Under the pieces are notes generated by a model, which was given only the letters and a program-made list of their open reading frames with translations, did no database searches and was not told where the DNA came from. From positions 256,001 to 320,000 of the forward strand of contig JANRKS010000034.1 in NCBI GenBank assembly GCA_033763315.1: a DNA stretch of 64,000 bases, read 5' to 3'. This DNA comes from Deltaproteobacteria bacterium (GTDB taxonomy: Bacteria > Myxococcota_A > Polyangia > Fen-1088). Position numbers and translations under genes: made by a program. Of this stretch, positions 29,337-38,686 are shown piece by piece. How positions within the stretch are numbered: the stretch's first letter is position 1; every line of letters begins with the position of its first letter.

Positions 29337-30845
29337 CTAGAACGATAGCTGTGCCTGAATCTTGAAGGCCGACTGGTCAGGCAGCGTCTCAAGCGGAACT
29401 TGGCCCGCGCGCAACTGAATGCGCTCGCCGTAGCCGTAACGTGAATACTGCAAAAAGATGAGGCCTTCGCCCATGAAGCGCGCACGGAAGCTGAGGCGCG
29501 GCGATAAAATGCGCATGCTGTTCGCCTCGTCGTCCACGTTGAGAACGACTCGGTCGTAGCGAACTGAAGCGCCCACCCACGACGTGGGCCACCAGGCCAC
29601 ATCGGCGCCCCACTTGAACGATCGACGCCCGTCACGATTGATCATTGGGTCCAGATCTGCCTGTTTGCTGGCGATCTTCGTATACACGCCAAACACACTC
29701 AGCAGCACGTCTTTGCCGCGACGAAGCGCATCCTCTTGGCCGCGAGAGTTTCTAAGCAACGCCGCAAGGCTGTAGTCATATTGAAACGCGAACGTGTTGA
29801 GGCCGCCCGTGCCGTTGTCGCTGGCTTCGCTGCCAAAATAGTTGTCTGTGAGGCCCTTGCCGCCGTATGAGTGCATGACCTCCAAAACGGGTGACATGTA
29901 CTGCGCACGCGTGGCTGATAAGTGCGAGTACGCCACGTATAATCTTCCCGCGAAGTCATTGGTAAAACGCGCGTCTATGCCCGTCACATCCAAGGTCGCT
30001 TCTTTGATGTCTTTGAGTTGGCGCAGATCACTTTCGCCCGTGTCTAGACGGTAGATACCCACCTCATATTTCTGGTCATATGCCAAGCGAACGGCTCCGT
30101 ACCGCAACGTGGCCAGGCCTTGGCTTGCTTCAAGTTGTTCAAGGTGGCTGCCTACCCCCGCTATCAATGACAGGACGAAGTTTTTGTATTCGAGGTCTGT
30201 GGCTGCCTGCATGCCCGCCTGGTGGGTGCGGCCAAAGACGTAAGTGTCGTATTTGGCAAGGTACCCGAAGCGGTCCCAAAACGATCCGCCTTTGAGACGC
30301 ACGCGTGCGTGTACGTCCGCCACTTGGTGCTCATATCGCAGCGTCACGAAGCCTTGTGCAATGCCTAGTTGCCGCTGTGAATCCGGATAAGCGGCGTCTG
30401 AAAACAGTGATCCGAAAAGGCCAACGGTGCCCGTGATATATCGGTTGCCACCCATCAGAAAGATTTCTGAATAGTCGGTCTCTTGGTTGCGCGTGTACGC
30501 AAAACCAGAGAGATAGTAGTCATCATCAATCAACCACGGCGAGCGCAAATTTGTGCCCGACCCATCCTCACGCGCGCGCGAGGCCAGGCGCATCGGTGAT
30601 CGTAGATATCCATGCCAGCCGAACTTGAAATCCAGGCTCTGGTTGTCGTGGCCGGGCGCGGGGCGATCTTCGGGGAAGAAGAATGTGCCCCATACGTCTG
30701 TCGCGGTGGAAGGTGTGGTGGCCGTGGGGGCCGCGGCGTCGGCCTGCGTTGACAGTGTTTCTGTGCTTTCGTCGGCGCGCAACGAAGTTGGGACGCTGAC
30801 CGAATGTAGGATGATACAGGTGATGGTTATGAAGGCGCGAATCAT
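29337..30845 (-). CDS. Outer-membrane beta-barrel, probable carbohydrate porin
   Basis: Signal peptide, WHGYLRSP, aromatic-rich amphipathic strands, terminal Phe; directly downstream of GH15. Confidence 0.65.
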   Translation of the reverse strand: MIRAFITITCIILHSVSVPTSLRADESTETLSTQADAAAPTATTPSTATDVWGTFFFPEDRPAPGHDNQSLDFKFGWHGYLRSPMRLASRAREDGSGTNLRSPWLIDDDYYLSGFAYTRNQETDYSEIFLMGGNRYITGTVGLFGSLFSDAAYPDSQRQLGIAQGFVTLRYEHQVADVHARVRLKGGSFWDRFGYLAKYDTYVFGRTHQAGMQAATDLEYKNFVLSLIAGVGSHLEQLEASQGLATLRYGAVRLAYDQKYEVGIYRLDTGESDLRQLKDIKEATLDVTGIDARFTNDFAGRLYVAYSHLSATRAQYMSPVLEVMHSYGGKGLTDNYFGSEASDNGTGGLNTFAFQYDYSLAALLRNSRGQEDALRRGKDVLLSVFGVYTKIASKQADLDPMINRDGRRSFKWGADVAWWPTSWVGASVRYDRVVLNVDDEANSMRILSPRLSFRARFMGEGLIFLQYSRYGYGERIQLRAGQVPLETLPDQSAFKIQAQLSF

Positions 30846-30856
30846 GATGGCGACCT

Positions 30857-33271
30857 TCAGCGTCGGCGCCCGCGGGCGACAATGGCGGCTACGAATGCCA
30901 AGGCCACCAGCATCGCCGCGGCTGCGGGCTCGGACGGCGTGCCTACCGTACATAAGCATGCACTTTCATAACGGGCGCCTGCCGAGGGAGTGTCACCACC
31001 TCGGTTCTCGCCACCCGTCGCTCCACCGGAGCCATTCGCACTACCGGGAGCGGCGCCTTCGCCTAGGCCCGAACCACCGTTGTTTCCGCCTTGGCCCGCC
31101 TCCCCCGGCACGCCGCCGTCTCCGGGTGGTGGGGCGGCACCGAGCGGTGGGGGAAGGCGTGGATCGCCTCCGTCGCACGTGGCCAATGGCATTGAATAAC
31201 CATCGCCGTCACCGCAGTCGTTCGGCTCGATGAGGCCCGCTCGATCGAGCAGCGTCATCATGTAAGCGCCGGCCGCGTAGCCCACCATCGGAATGCTACC
31301 TGTGTAGGCCCCAAGCGTGCCCGTGGAAACGGCGTTGTAAAGCTCAGGGACCAAGTTGAAATTGACCATCGCCTTTTCAACGACAATGTTCACCAGATTG
31401 TCTGCGTCTTTGGTGCGCCCGGCGCGCCGCAAACCATCGGCGATTCGCAGATCGAGCAGCACCCACTCGTTGTTGTCGTAGGGATCGTTGCCCACATTGC
31501 GACGCTTGAATCCACCGCTCGCTACGCGCAGCCGCTCAAGAAGCTCGAACGTCTTTGTGGCCGTGGCGCCCTTATAGTCCCGTATCAGGTTCCATGTGAA
31601 CAGCTCGGCCACGGCGCCGTCCTCTGGCCTCGTTTCGAGATCTTCGAGGTTGCCGCCAATCTCACCACGACGGTTAACGAACAGAGTCGTTATGGCAGTC
31701 CGGATCTTTGCCGCCATATCTTTGTACTTGGTTGTGTCTGCCTCTTCGCCCAACTTCTTGGCCAGAGCACCCAAGTCACACAGGCCGCGCGCAGAGGCGG
31801 CCGTGGTGTAAAAGTAGGTTCGTTTCTTGGCCTCGTGCACCTCCCATATAGAGGCATCGGCGCGCATCACATTCTTATCGGTGAGGTTGCCTGCAATGGG
31901 ATCGGCAACCTTCTTGATGATCCAGTCGTAAACCGTGAGGTTTGGATCGTGAAGAACCTTTGATCGCAACCACTCGACATCGCCCGAGGCTTCGACGTAT
32001 TGCCGTGCGGCCCACAGAAATCCTCCCCAGCCATCTGTTTCGGGATTGGGGCCATCTGAGTTCCAATCCGATTCTTCAACGCCATTGCCGAAATACCGCG
32101 TTAGAGACAGGCCATAGTCTTTGTTGTTGACGTAGCTTTTGTACGCTCCCACGTTGGGGCTTGCGTTGATGAAGAAGTTCAAGGCCGCGCGTGCTTCTGT
32201 GAAATGTCCACTCCGTGCCAGGGCCACTATGGCGTAGTGCGCATCCCTGACCCACCCCGTGTGCCATTCACCGGGCGGCAAGCTGGCTAGAACCATGCCG
32301 TAGTTTGTGCGGCCTGGAATGTTCGGTTCGCGCACTTGACCCATGCGGAGAACCGCCTCCATCTGACGCCACAGTCGCTTTTCCGCGTCCGTGCACGCAA
32401 CGTTCGGGATCGGCTTGCGCCAAGCCTCCCACTCCGCTTGTGCGTCTGTTAGAACTCGGTTGGCTTGCCGGTCTGCCAACCACGCCTTCATTTTGGTGAT
32501 CGTGGCCGTCACCTTGGTGGCATCGTCCACAAAACCAACCATCACGCCCATCCATCCATCCGCGCCCAAGGCCTTTTCAACGGTGGGTGCAACATCGCCG
32601 GTGCACGTCAGATCGTCCGCTAGAGCTTCGCCACGAGCCACCTTCGCAAAGCCGCCGCAATCAGCGTGATCCATTCCGCCAATCGCCAAGTAGATCATGG
32701 CGCCAGTGCCTGAACCCGTTTCCACGACAGCGCCTTCTTCAAGCCTCAGCTTTTCGTCCTTTGCCGGCGGATTGTCGCCAGTCCCGGCCCCCATTCTGAA
32801 GTTGAGATTGAGCGTGCCGTGGGTCGCGCCGGGCGCTTTCAGTAGTGCGACCACCGCGTTGCCTTCGTAGCCAAAGGGCGCAAAGTAGATGCTCTCGGCG
32901 GCTTGTCCGGACAGCGTTATAGGAGCGCGAATGATGTTGCTGTCATCAATGTATTCAGGGACCTGTGCGGTGCCGCCGCGCAGCCAACCGTTGCCCTTCG
33001 GGCCTCGGACGCCGAAGCCAACCTCAAAGGCCAAATCGCGCCGAATGGGCCCTTCACTTTGCAGGGTGGGCCCCGGTCGTAAGAACCTGTAAGGGTGCTC
33101 CAGAAAGCCCGACAGCATTTTGGTGTTCGCGTCGTAAAGCGCAAAGCCGTGGCCGTTGCCGGTGGTTAACCAGTTCCAGCTGCGCTGGTATGTGGCAGCC
33201 TTGGCAGATCCCATGGTGACTGCACAAACGACAAGAAGGACGGGAAGCCTTTGCAGCGTTTTAGATCGCAT
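30857..33271 (-). CDS. GH15 glucoamylase/glucodextranase-like protein with MYXO-CTERM
   Basis: WVRD, SIWE and ELY motifs; tail ACLCTVG...TM...RGRRR. Confidence 0.85.
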   Translation of the reverse strand: MRSKTLQRLPVLLVVCAVTMGSAKAATYQRSWNWLTTGNGHGFALYDANTKMLSGFLEHPYRFLRPGPTLQSEGPIRRDLAFEVGFGVRGPKGNGWLRGGTAQVPEYIDDSNIIRAPITLSGQAAESIYFAPFGYEGNAVVALLKAPGATHGTLNLNFRMGAGTGDNPPAKDEKLRLEEGAVVETGSGTGAMIYLAIGGMDHADCGGFAKVARGEALADDLTCTGDVAPTVEKALGADGWMGVMVGFVDDATKVTATITKMKAWLADRQANRVLTDAQAEWEAWRKPIPNVACTDAEKRLWRQMEAVLRMGQVREPNIPGRTNYGMVLASLPPGEWHTGWVRDAHYAIVALARSGHFTEARAALNFFINASPNVGAYKSYVNNKDYGLSLTRYFGNGVEESDWNSDGPNPETDGWGGFLWAARQYVEASGDVEWLRSKVLHDPNLTVYDWIIKKVADPIAGNLTDKNVMRADASIWEVHEAKKRTYFYTTAASARGLCDLGALAKKLGEEADTTKYKDMAAKIRTAITTLFVNRRGEIGGNLEDLETRPEDGAVAELFTWNLIRDYKGATATKTFELLERLRVASGGFKRRNVGNDPYDNNEWVLLDLRIADGLRRAGRTKDADNLVNIVVEKAMVNFNLVPELYNAVSTGTLGAYTGSIPMVGYAAGAYMMTLLDRAGLIEPNDCGDGDGYSMPLATCDGGDPRLPPPLGAAPPPGDGGVPGEAGQGGNNGGSGLGEGAAPGSANGSGGATGGENRGGDTPSAGARYESACLCTVGTPSEPAAAAMLVALAFVAAIVARGRRR

Positions 33272-33284
33272 TTCGATCTGGGTA

Positions 33285-33313
33285 AGTGGAACGCCACGGC
33301 CAAAACAGCTCGC
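33285..33313 (-). promoter_or_regulatory. Putative ECF promoter of GH15
   Basis: GCGAGCTG-N15-TCCACT on the minus strand, 14 nt before ATG 33271. Confidence 0.6.
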
Positions 33314-33330
33314 TCGGTTTTACTTTTTAG

Positions 33331-35898
33331 TCAAGGCAAGGCAACACGGGTCAAGATACGCAGCTCGCTGATGGACAGTCTGTTGCTCGGTACGTCGGTG
33401 CCGCCGTCCTCTGTGTAATCTGCGTAATGAGCAAGTTGCGACATATTAAAGGTCTGCAGCGCCTCTTTCACGCGGATCGAGTATGTCACCCCACGTTCGA
33501 GCTCAGCGACAGCGAAGGTGGAAGGCGTCAGCCAATCCCAGCGCCCGCGCTGCGCCACCACCACCACAGCGCCCCCCACTCGAGCGCCATCACTTGCGCG
33601 TTCGACAATTAGATCTTTGACCGCGCAAGCCACACCGGTATCCACAGGGCCAGCTCCGTTGCTCGCCACGATTTGAAACATGTGTTGGCCGCTGGCGGGC
33701 GCGACGAATGCCGGATATAGGATTTCGTCTTCGGGCGCGCCCCACCGATCAAGTACAGCGATGGTGCCCGCAGACGTCCTAACCGTCGAGCGCTGACCGC
33801 CCGTGGCCAGCAGATCCTGCACGGAAACTTGATGCACGCGCGATCTTTGGACCGTACCCCAAAAGCACACCGGCGCCGACGGGTGTGAGCGCAGGCCATT
33901 CCTGATGAAGCGCGCTTCGACCACATAGCAGTGACTGGCGGCGGCTTCGCCGGGCGCGGAGGTATCAACAAATTGCGCGGTGTCTGCTGGCAAATCACGC
34001 GCGATAAGGGCACCATCACGCCGCAGATCGTAACGAATGAGCGAAGGATTCTCCGGCGGTTTTGCGAACTCAACTTCCAGCCAGTTGCCCCGCGTCACTA
34101 CGTTGGTGATGCTAGGTGTGGCTGGCGCAAAGGTATCGTCAATTGACGTCGGTAGCGGCATGGATGGCGGCCGGGGCGCGCTTGCAGGTGCCGTGAGACG
34201 AATGACAATCCGGTTGCGTGGTGCGAACTCTGCGGCAGCCAAGGGGCGATCGCCCACGAGCACACCATTGACTGTGACAGCTGCGATTTGGTAGGCGCCT
34301 TGAACTGTGGGGTCTAGTGGAGGAAGGTCGATCACAATCGAAAGCCGGTGGCCGCGGTAGTGCAAATCCCCCAAAGCCAAAGTACGCGTCCCGGAAAACA
34401 GCGTGCGGTGGACGTTGGCGGTGACGTACGGTCGAAAGCGAACCGCGCCCTCAGAGAGTTCAAAACCGAAAAGGCTCTCTTGCACCATCGATAGATAGGC
34501 TGCGGCGGACCACAGCTCTTGACGGCCGCTCAGAATGGGTGGGCGTGGATCACCGGTGAGAAAGTCGAAGCATTCGACGTTGGACACGTTCAGTGCAGCT
34601 GCGCGAAACAGCGCGATCAAACTATTGTCCGCGAACGCGTCGTGGCCCACGATGCGCGCGGCGCGCAGAGCGTGGCCCAAGACGAACGGCCACACAGCCC
34701 GGTTGTGGAACACGGGTACGTTGCGGCTTTGGGGCCATATCACCGGTGCGCCCACAGGCCCCTGCGGATACGCAGAAAGCCGCGCACGTCCTTCTTCAAT
34801 CGGCCATACACCAGCTTCAATCGCCAGCGCCAGGCCCAAGAGATCCGTGCGACCCACGGGCGCAGGATCCACCAGCGAGGGGATAAACGCGCCCACACCG
34901 CCGGCTTGATTTTCAAAGCGGGTCGCCAGCGCTAGCCGGAGCGCCTTTGCCCACGCAGCCAAGGTCTGCGCTGTGAGGATATCACCGTGCTCTTGCGCCA
35001 GCGCCACCGCCGATTCCAACGCCTGAAGTTGCAGCACGTTGGTGGACAGTGCGTAGCTGCCGGCCACCTGTGTTGGCTCTGAACTCATCCAAGCGGGGTA
35101 TGATTGTTCGCGGCCGTTCAAAAACGTCGTTTCGCCACGATACAAGCCCAGCGTTTGATCGAAGGCGTTGGCGCGATCTTGCATCACCGTTTCAACCAGT
35201 GCGGCCTTGGCCAGAAGCGAAAATCGCTGCCGTGCCTCACCCTGCAAGAGCGCCAGGAGCCGTCGCGCACCGAGCGCCCACGTTGCGCGATCAATGGACA
35301 GGGGATAACCCCCTCCCGTGCCGAGATCTTCAACGACGGTCCTGCCAGGTTGACCGTTTGCGCGCGAAGATAGCTTGAAAAGCAAAGTGTTCTGCGCGCG
35401 CACAAGATCGAGAGCTGGGCCCGCGAGGTCGATGGCGTACCCGCTGTTTCGCGTCCACACCCAAGGCCAAGCGTCACCCGTCTTGTAACACCCTTCGGCG
35501 CCGCAACTTACGGGCGTGTTGCCCGAGGCGGGACCACTTGCAAAGTTGACTTCCAAGTCTCGCAGTTCGGCCAGAGCCAAGGTATACAGCGCATCGAAAT
35601 ACACATTGCCAGTGCGCACGAACGGATCACCTTGACGTTCTGCAACGACACGACTTGTGCCGACCTGCTCGCCAAGCCCCACCCGGACGGGCGCTGTGGT
35701 TGCCAGCGTGTAAGTGCGCTGACATGACGTACCACTGGCGACAACCGTCGCTCGCCCGCGGGCGTCTTGGATCGTCATGGACGACAAGGAGGCTTGCGTT
35801 ATAGGAAGCGTGCAATCGCGCGCACCAGTGCCGAACACCTGGGCCGTCTGTGTGTCGCAAGCGCTGACGCCGAACGCAAGACACACAATCGCCGTCAT
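33331..35898 (-). CDS. Six-hairpin glycosidase-like (amylo-alpha-1,6-glucosidase-like) lipoprotein with FN3-like C-terminus
   Basis: Lipobox VSAC; KTGDAWPWVWTRN, GTGGGYP-S-DR--W, ALSTN, HNRAVWPFV, LWS-AAYLSMV. Confidence 0.8.
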   Translation of the reverse strand: MTAIVCLAFGVSACDTQTAQVFGTGARDCTLPITQASLSSMTIQDARGRATVVASGTSCQRTYTLATTAPVRVGLGEQVGTSRVVAERQGDPFVRTGNVYFDALYTLALAELRDLEVNFASGPASGNTPVSCGAEGCYKTGDAWPWVWTRNSGYAIDLAGPALDLVRAQNTLLFKLSSRANGQPGRTVVEDLGTGGGYPLSIDRATWALGARRLLALLQGEARQRFSLLAKAALVETVMQDRANAFDQTLGLYRGETTFLNGREQSYPAWMSSEPTQVAGSYALSTNVLQLQALESAVALAQEHGDILTAQTLAAWAKALRLALATRFENQAGGVGAFIPSLVDPAPVGRTDLLGLALAIEAGVWPIEEGRARLSAYPQGPVGAPVIWPQSRNVPVFHNRAVWPFVLGHALRAARIVGHDAFADNSLIALFRAAALNVSNVECFDFLTGDPRPPILSGRQELWSAAAYLSMVQESLFGFELSEGAVRFRPYVTANVHRTLFSGTRTLALGDLHYRGHRLSIVIDLPPLDPTVQGAYQIAAVTVNGVLVGDRPLAAAEFAPRNRIVIRLTAPASAPRPPSMPLPTSIDDTFAPATPSITNVVTRGNWLEVEFAKPPENPSLIRYDLRRDGALIARDLPADTAQFVDTSAPGEAAASHCYVVEARFIRNGLRSHPSAPVCFWGTVQRSRVHQVSVQDLLATGGQRSTVRTSAGTIAVLDRWGAPEDEILYPAFVAPASGQHMFQIVASNGAGPVDTGVACAVKDLIVERASDGARVGGAVVVVAQRGRWDWLTPSTFAVAELERGVTYSIRVKEALQTFNMSQLAHYADYTEDGGTDVPSNRLSISELRILTRVALP

Positions 35899-35924
35899 CT
35901 GTGTTCGCCGTTTGCTTCGCCCTC

Positions 35925-36935
35925 TCACAGCGTGTACCCCAGCGCCAAAAAGGGTTGCACCCAAAGGCCCGTCACGCGTCCCAGCTTGAGGCCGTCGATG
36001 CGCGCCTCAATGGGGCGTGCATGAGCACCGCCTTCAAGGCCAAACGCCGCACTGAACGAACGCGTGAAGCTGTAGCCCACCTGAACGAACGCTGCAGGCC
36101 CCCATGTGAAGCGAGTGGTGGTAAACCCGTTCACGTTGGCTTCTTCGGGCCGTCCCTGCAACCGCAGATACCCAGCCCGGAGGCCCAGACCGGCGCTAAA
36201 GAGAACGGCTTTCACTTCGATGAGTGGACCCACAGAGGCTCCGATCACGAACCTGTCCACACGCACTTGTCCATAGTCAGTGGCGAAAGACAAATGGGCA
36301 GCCTCGGCTTGTAGGCGTGCGTTCACGATCCGAAGGACATGCCGAGACAGCGACAAGCCCGTCGCGCCTCGTGACGTTGAATCCACTCGGCCCCATTCTT
36401 GTCCCCACGAAAGCTGCGCACGCCATGCTTGCGCTTCGGTATGTGGGCGCGGGGCGATCGCCATGACGCCTGCGGGGGCGGATGCCGTTGGTACGTCGAC
36501 GATCTGGGCTCGGGCGCCGCTCACGACAGCAGCCATCTCGACCAAGCTGAGCGCCAGCAATCTGGGACGGGCCGCCAGGGGGTATGCGTCGTGGGCCAGC
36601 TGCCGTTCCACATGTGCGCCCGTATGTGGCGCTTGCACTTTGAGACGTAAGCCGTTGGAGGCGCAGTTAACAGTGGCGATTAGGGCTTGTGGCCGGGTTG
36701 GCGCCTGCGCATCGGCAAACACCAAGGCCTGTTCAAGCGTCACGATTCGTGTGACAACGTCGACCTCAACGCCCACGCACGGATCAATCACGACGCGCAT
36801 GTCCCCAGCAGGCTCGTCGAGGTTTGCTGTTGGTGCCTGTGCCTTTGCGACACTCATCCACAAGACGACGCTTACACACCCCATGGCCGCGCCAGCAGCA
36901 CGCCGCGATCGAGCGAGCCTAAGGACTGCCCTCAC
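35925..36935 (-). CDS. Hypothetical secreted protein with beta-barrel-like C-terminus (triad 2)
   Basis: Overlaps the FecR stop; PLAARPRLLALSLVE motif; amphipathic strands ending LALGYTL. Confidence 0.6.
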   Translation of the reverse strand: MRAVLRLARSRRAAGAAMGCVSVVLWMSVAKAQAPTANLDEPAGDMRVVIDPCVGVEVDVVTRIVTLEQALVFADAQAPTRPQALIATVNCASNGLRLKVQAPHTGAHVERQLAHDAYPLAARPRLLALSLVEMAAVVSGARAQIVDVPTASAPAGVMAIAPRPHTEAQAWRAQLSWGQEWGRVDSTSRGATGLSLSRHVLRIVNARLQAEAAHLSFATDYGQVRVDRFVIGASVGPLIEVKAVLFSAGLGLRAGYLRLQGRPEEANVNGFTTTRFTWGPAAFVQVGYSFTRSFSAAFGLEGGAHARPIEARIDGLKLGRVTGLWVQPFLALGYTL

Positions 36936-38047
36936 TTTACGTGGCCGAATTCACGCACCAGATCCGACCAACGTCCGTGCGGATACGTTTGCAAATATAA
37001 ACGCGCCGACGCTTCGGCTTTGAGACGTTCGCCTGCGCGCGACCACGATTGGACCTCGCGTGCCAGAGCATCTTCTGACAGAACCTGAGCGCCGTCCCGC
37101 AGGCGTGCCTCGGCAAACGCGGCGGCTGCCAACTGCGGCTGTTTGAGGTGATGCAGCAGGAGGCTGCCGGCTGTAAAAGCGGCCATCGATGAACGTGGGT
37201 CATTGCCGTGCCGCTTCCGAATGCGGTCGAGGAACCCAAGGGCTTTGTCGGCATGCCCAGACAACCGTGCCGCGTCCGCAGCCAGCAGCAGATCATCCAC
37301 GTCGTCGCGCACGGTTGCCACGCCAGCTTGTCTCAGACTGCGGTAGGCCTCTTCGTAAGCGCCTTGGGCCGCCAACGCCCGCCATGGTTGTGACCGTCCG
37401 ATGGATGGTTTGGGTGCGACGGCGGGGACGTTAACTATAACTGCAGGCGCTTCGGATACAGAAGGCAAAAACCTTCGCTTTTCGCCCGCGGCCAACGTGG
37501 TCACCGATCCATCTGCGCGCGCAACATCGGCATGGCCATCGTGAACCTCAACCCAAAGCGCCTGTGTGCTCTGCTCGCGCCACATGGTCACAGCCATACC
37601 CTGCACAACAACTTGAAAGTGCTGCGTGTGAACCTGCAACGGTCTCGCAAGCGACGTGCGTTCAAAGTGGGCGCCTCCCCTGTTGAGCCGCACAGTGACA
37701 CCTGCCTTCGTTGCGGCCATGACGACGAGTTGCGTGTTTGGGGCCACTGGCACCGCCGTCACTTCGGGCGTTAGAACGACGGTACGCGGATCAACCGCGG
37801 AGGCAACCGGTTGCGGGGGGGGGCTCCGCGTGGTGGCGGCGTTGCGAGACATGTGGTGCACAGCCGAACCTGCACACAACACCGCGATCATGGCGGCGAC
37901 GCGCTGTGCACGTTTGCGGCGGGCCTGCAACCGCTGGCGACGACGTGGAAGCGTCAAAGCATGAAGTTCCAACTGGCTTTGACTCCAGTCGATTTGGGTG
38001 GCGCGCCGTACGTCGGCCACATTCACTTTCTCTGCCGCCTTAGACAT
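36932..38047 (-). CDS. FecR-domain anti-sigma factor with TPR (triad 2)
   Basis: VRLNRGGAHF, VEVHDGHADV, LAAGE; TPR LLLAADAARL...AAFTAG...EDALARE...YLQTYPHG. Confidence 0.85.
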   Translation of the reverse strand: MSKAAEKVNVADVRRATQIDWSQSQLELHALTLPRRRQRLQARRKRAQRVAAMIAVLCAGSAVHHMSRNAATTRSPPPQPVASAVDPRTVVLTPEVTAVPVAPNTQLVVMAATKAGVTVRLNRGGAHFERTSLARPLQVHTQHFQVVVQGMAVTMWREQSTQALWVEVHDGHADVARADGSVTTLAAGEKRRFLPSVSEAPAVIVNVPAVAPKPSIGRSQPWRALAAQGAYEEAYRSLRQAGVATVRDDVDDLLLAADAARLSGHADKALGFLDRIRKRHGNDPRSSMAAFTAGSLLLHHLKQPQLAAAAFAEARLRDGAQVLSEDALAREVQSWSRAGERLKAEASARLYLQTYPHGRWSDLVREFGHVK

Positions 38048-38591
38048 CCGCAACCACTTCATCCATCACGGCATTGGCTTTGACCAATCGTCGCTTCACG
38101 GCGGCCAGCGAACAACCTGACAACTGGGCCACCCGTTCAAGGGGGTGCCCCTCCAAATGGCGTAGCACCCAGGCGATCCGCACGGGCACAGGCAATGTGT
38201 CGAGCGCGGCGAATACGGGGGCCAACAGCGCACCGGTTTCAGCCGAGGCGTTGGGATCGGCTAGATCGTGTTCGTCCAGCGTCTCGGTCAGGCCAAAGAA
38301 CGACTTCAATCGCCGTCGTCGCAAGCGATGACGAGCGGTTCGCACTGTGATCGTGGCCAGCCAACCGCGCAGGGCTTCGGCGCTCCGGAGCGTGGGTAAC
38401 GTTCGGTGGACCTCTAAAAACACGTCCTGCACGAGGTCCTCAAGCTCGTCACGCCTCCCCATGATGCGAAAGGCGATTGTGGCCACATAGCGGCCGTACT
38501 GCCGGAAAGCGTCGCCCGCGTCCGTCGGGACCGCCTCGCAGTCTTGCGGCGCGGCGGGCACGAGTTGCAGATGGCGCGGAGGGGAAAGCAC
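38040..38591 (-). CDS. ECF sigma-70 factor (triad 2); GTG start preferred over 38690
   Basis: EDLVQDVF, GWLATITVR, LRHLEG...AAVKRRL; promoter motif 15 nt before GTG 38591. Confidence 0.9.
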   Translation of the reverse strand: MLSPPRHLQLVPAAPQDCEAVPTDAGDAFRQYGRYVATIAFRIMGRRDELEDLVQDVFLEVHRTLPTLRSAEALRGWLATITVRTARHRLRRRRLKSFFGLTETLDEHDLADPNASAETGALLAPVFAALDTLPVPVRIAWVLRHLEGHPLERVAQLSGCSLAAVKRRLVKANAVMDEVVADV

Positions 38592-38605
38592 GGCGGTCGA
38601 GGGAT

Positions 38606-38634
38606 AGTGGGCGCAATGATCAAGATCGACTCGC
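38606..38634 (-). promoter_or_regulatory. Putative autoregulatory ECF promoter
   Basis: GCGAGTCG-N15-CCCACT on the minus strand. Confidence 0.6.
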
Positions 38635-38686
38635 ACATTTTCTGAAAGCGCCTTCAAGATGGACGGTTGAGGGACTGGCGATGCAA

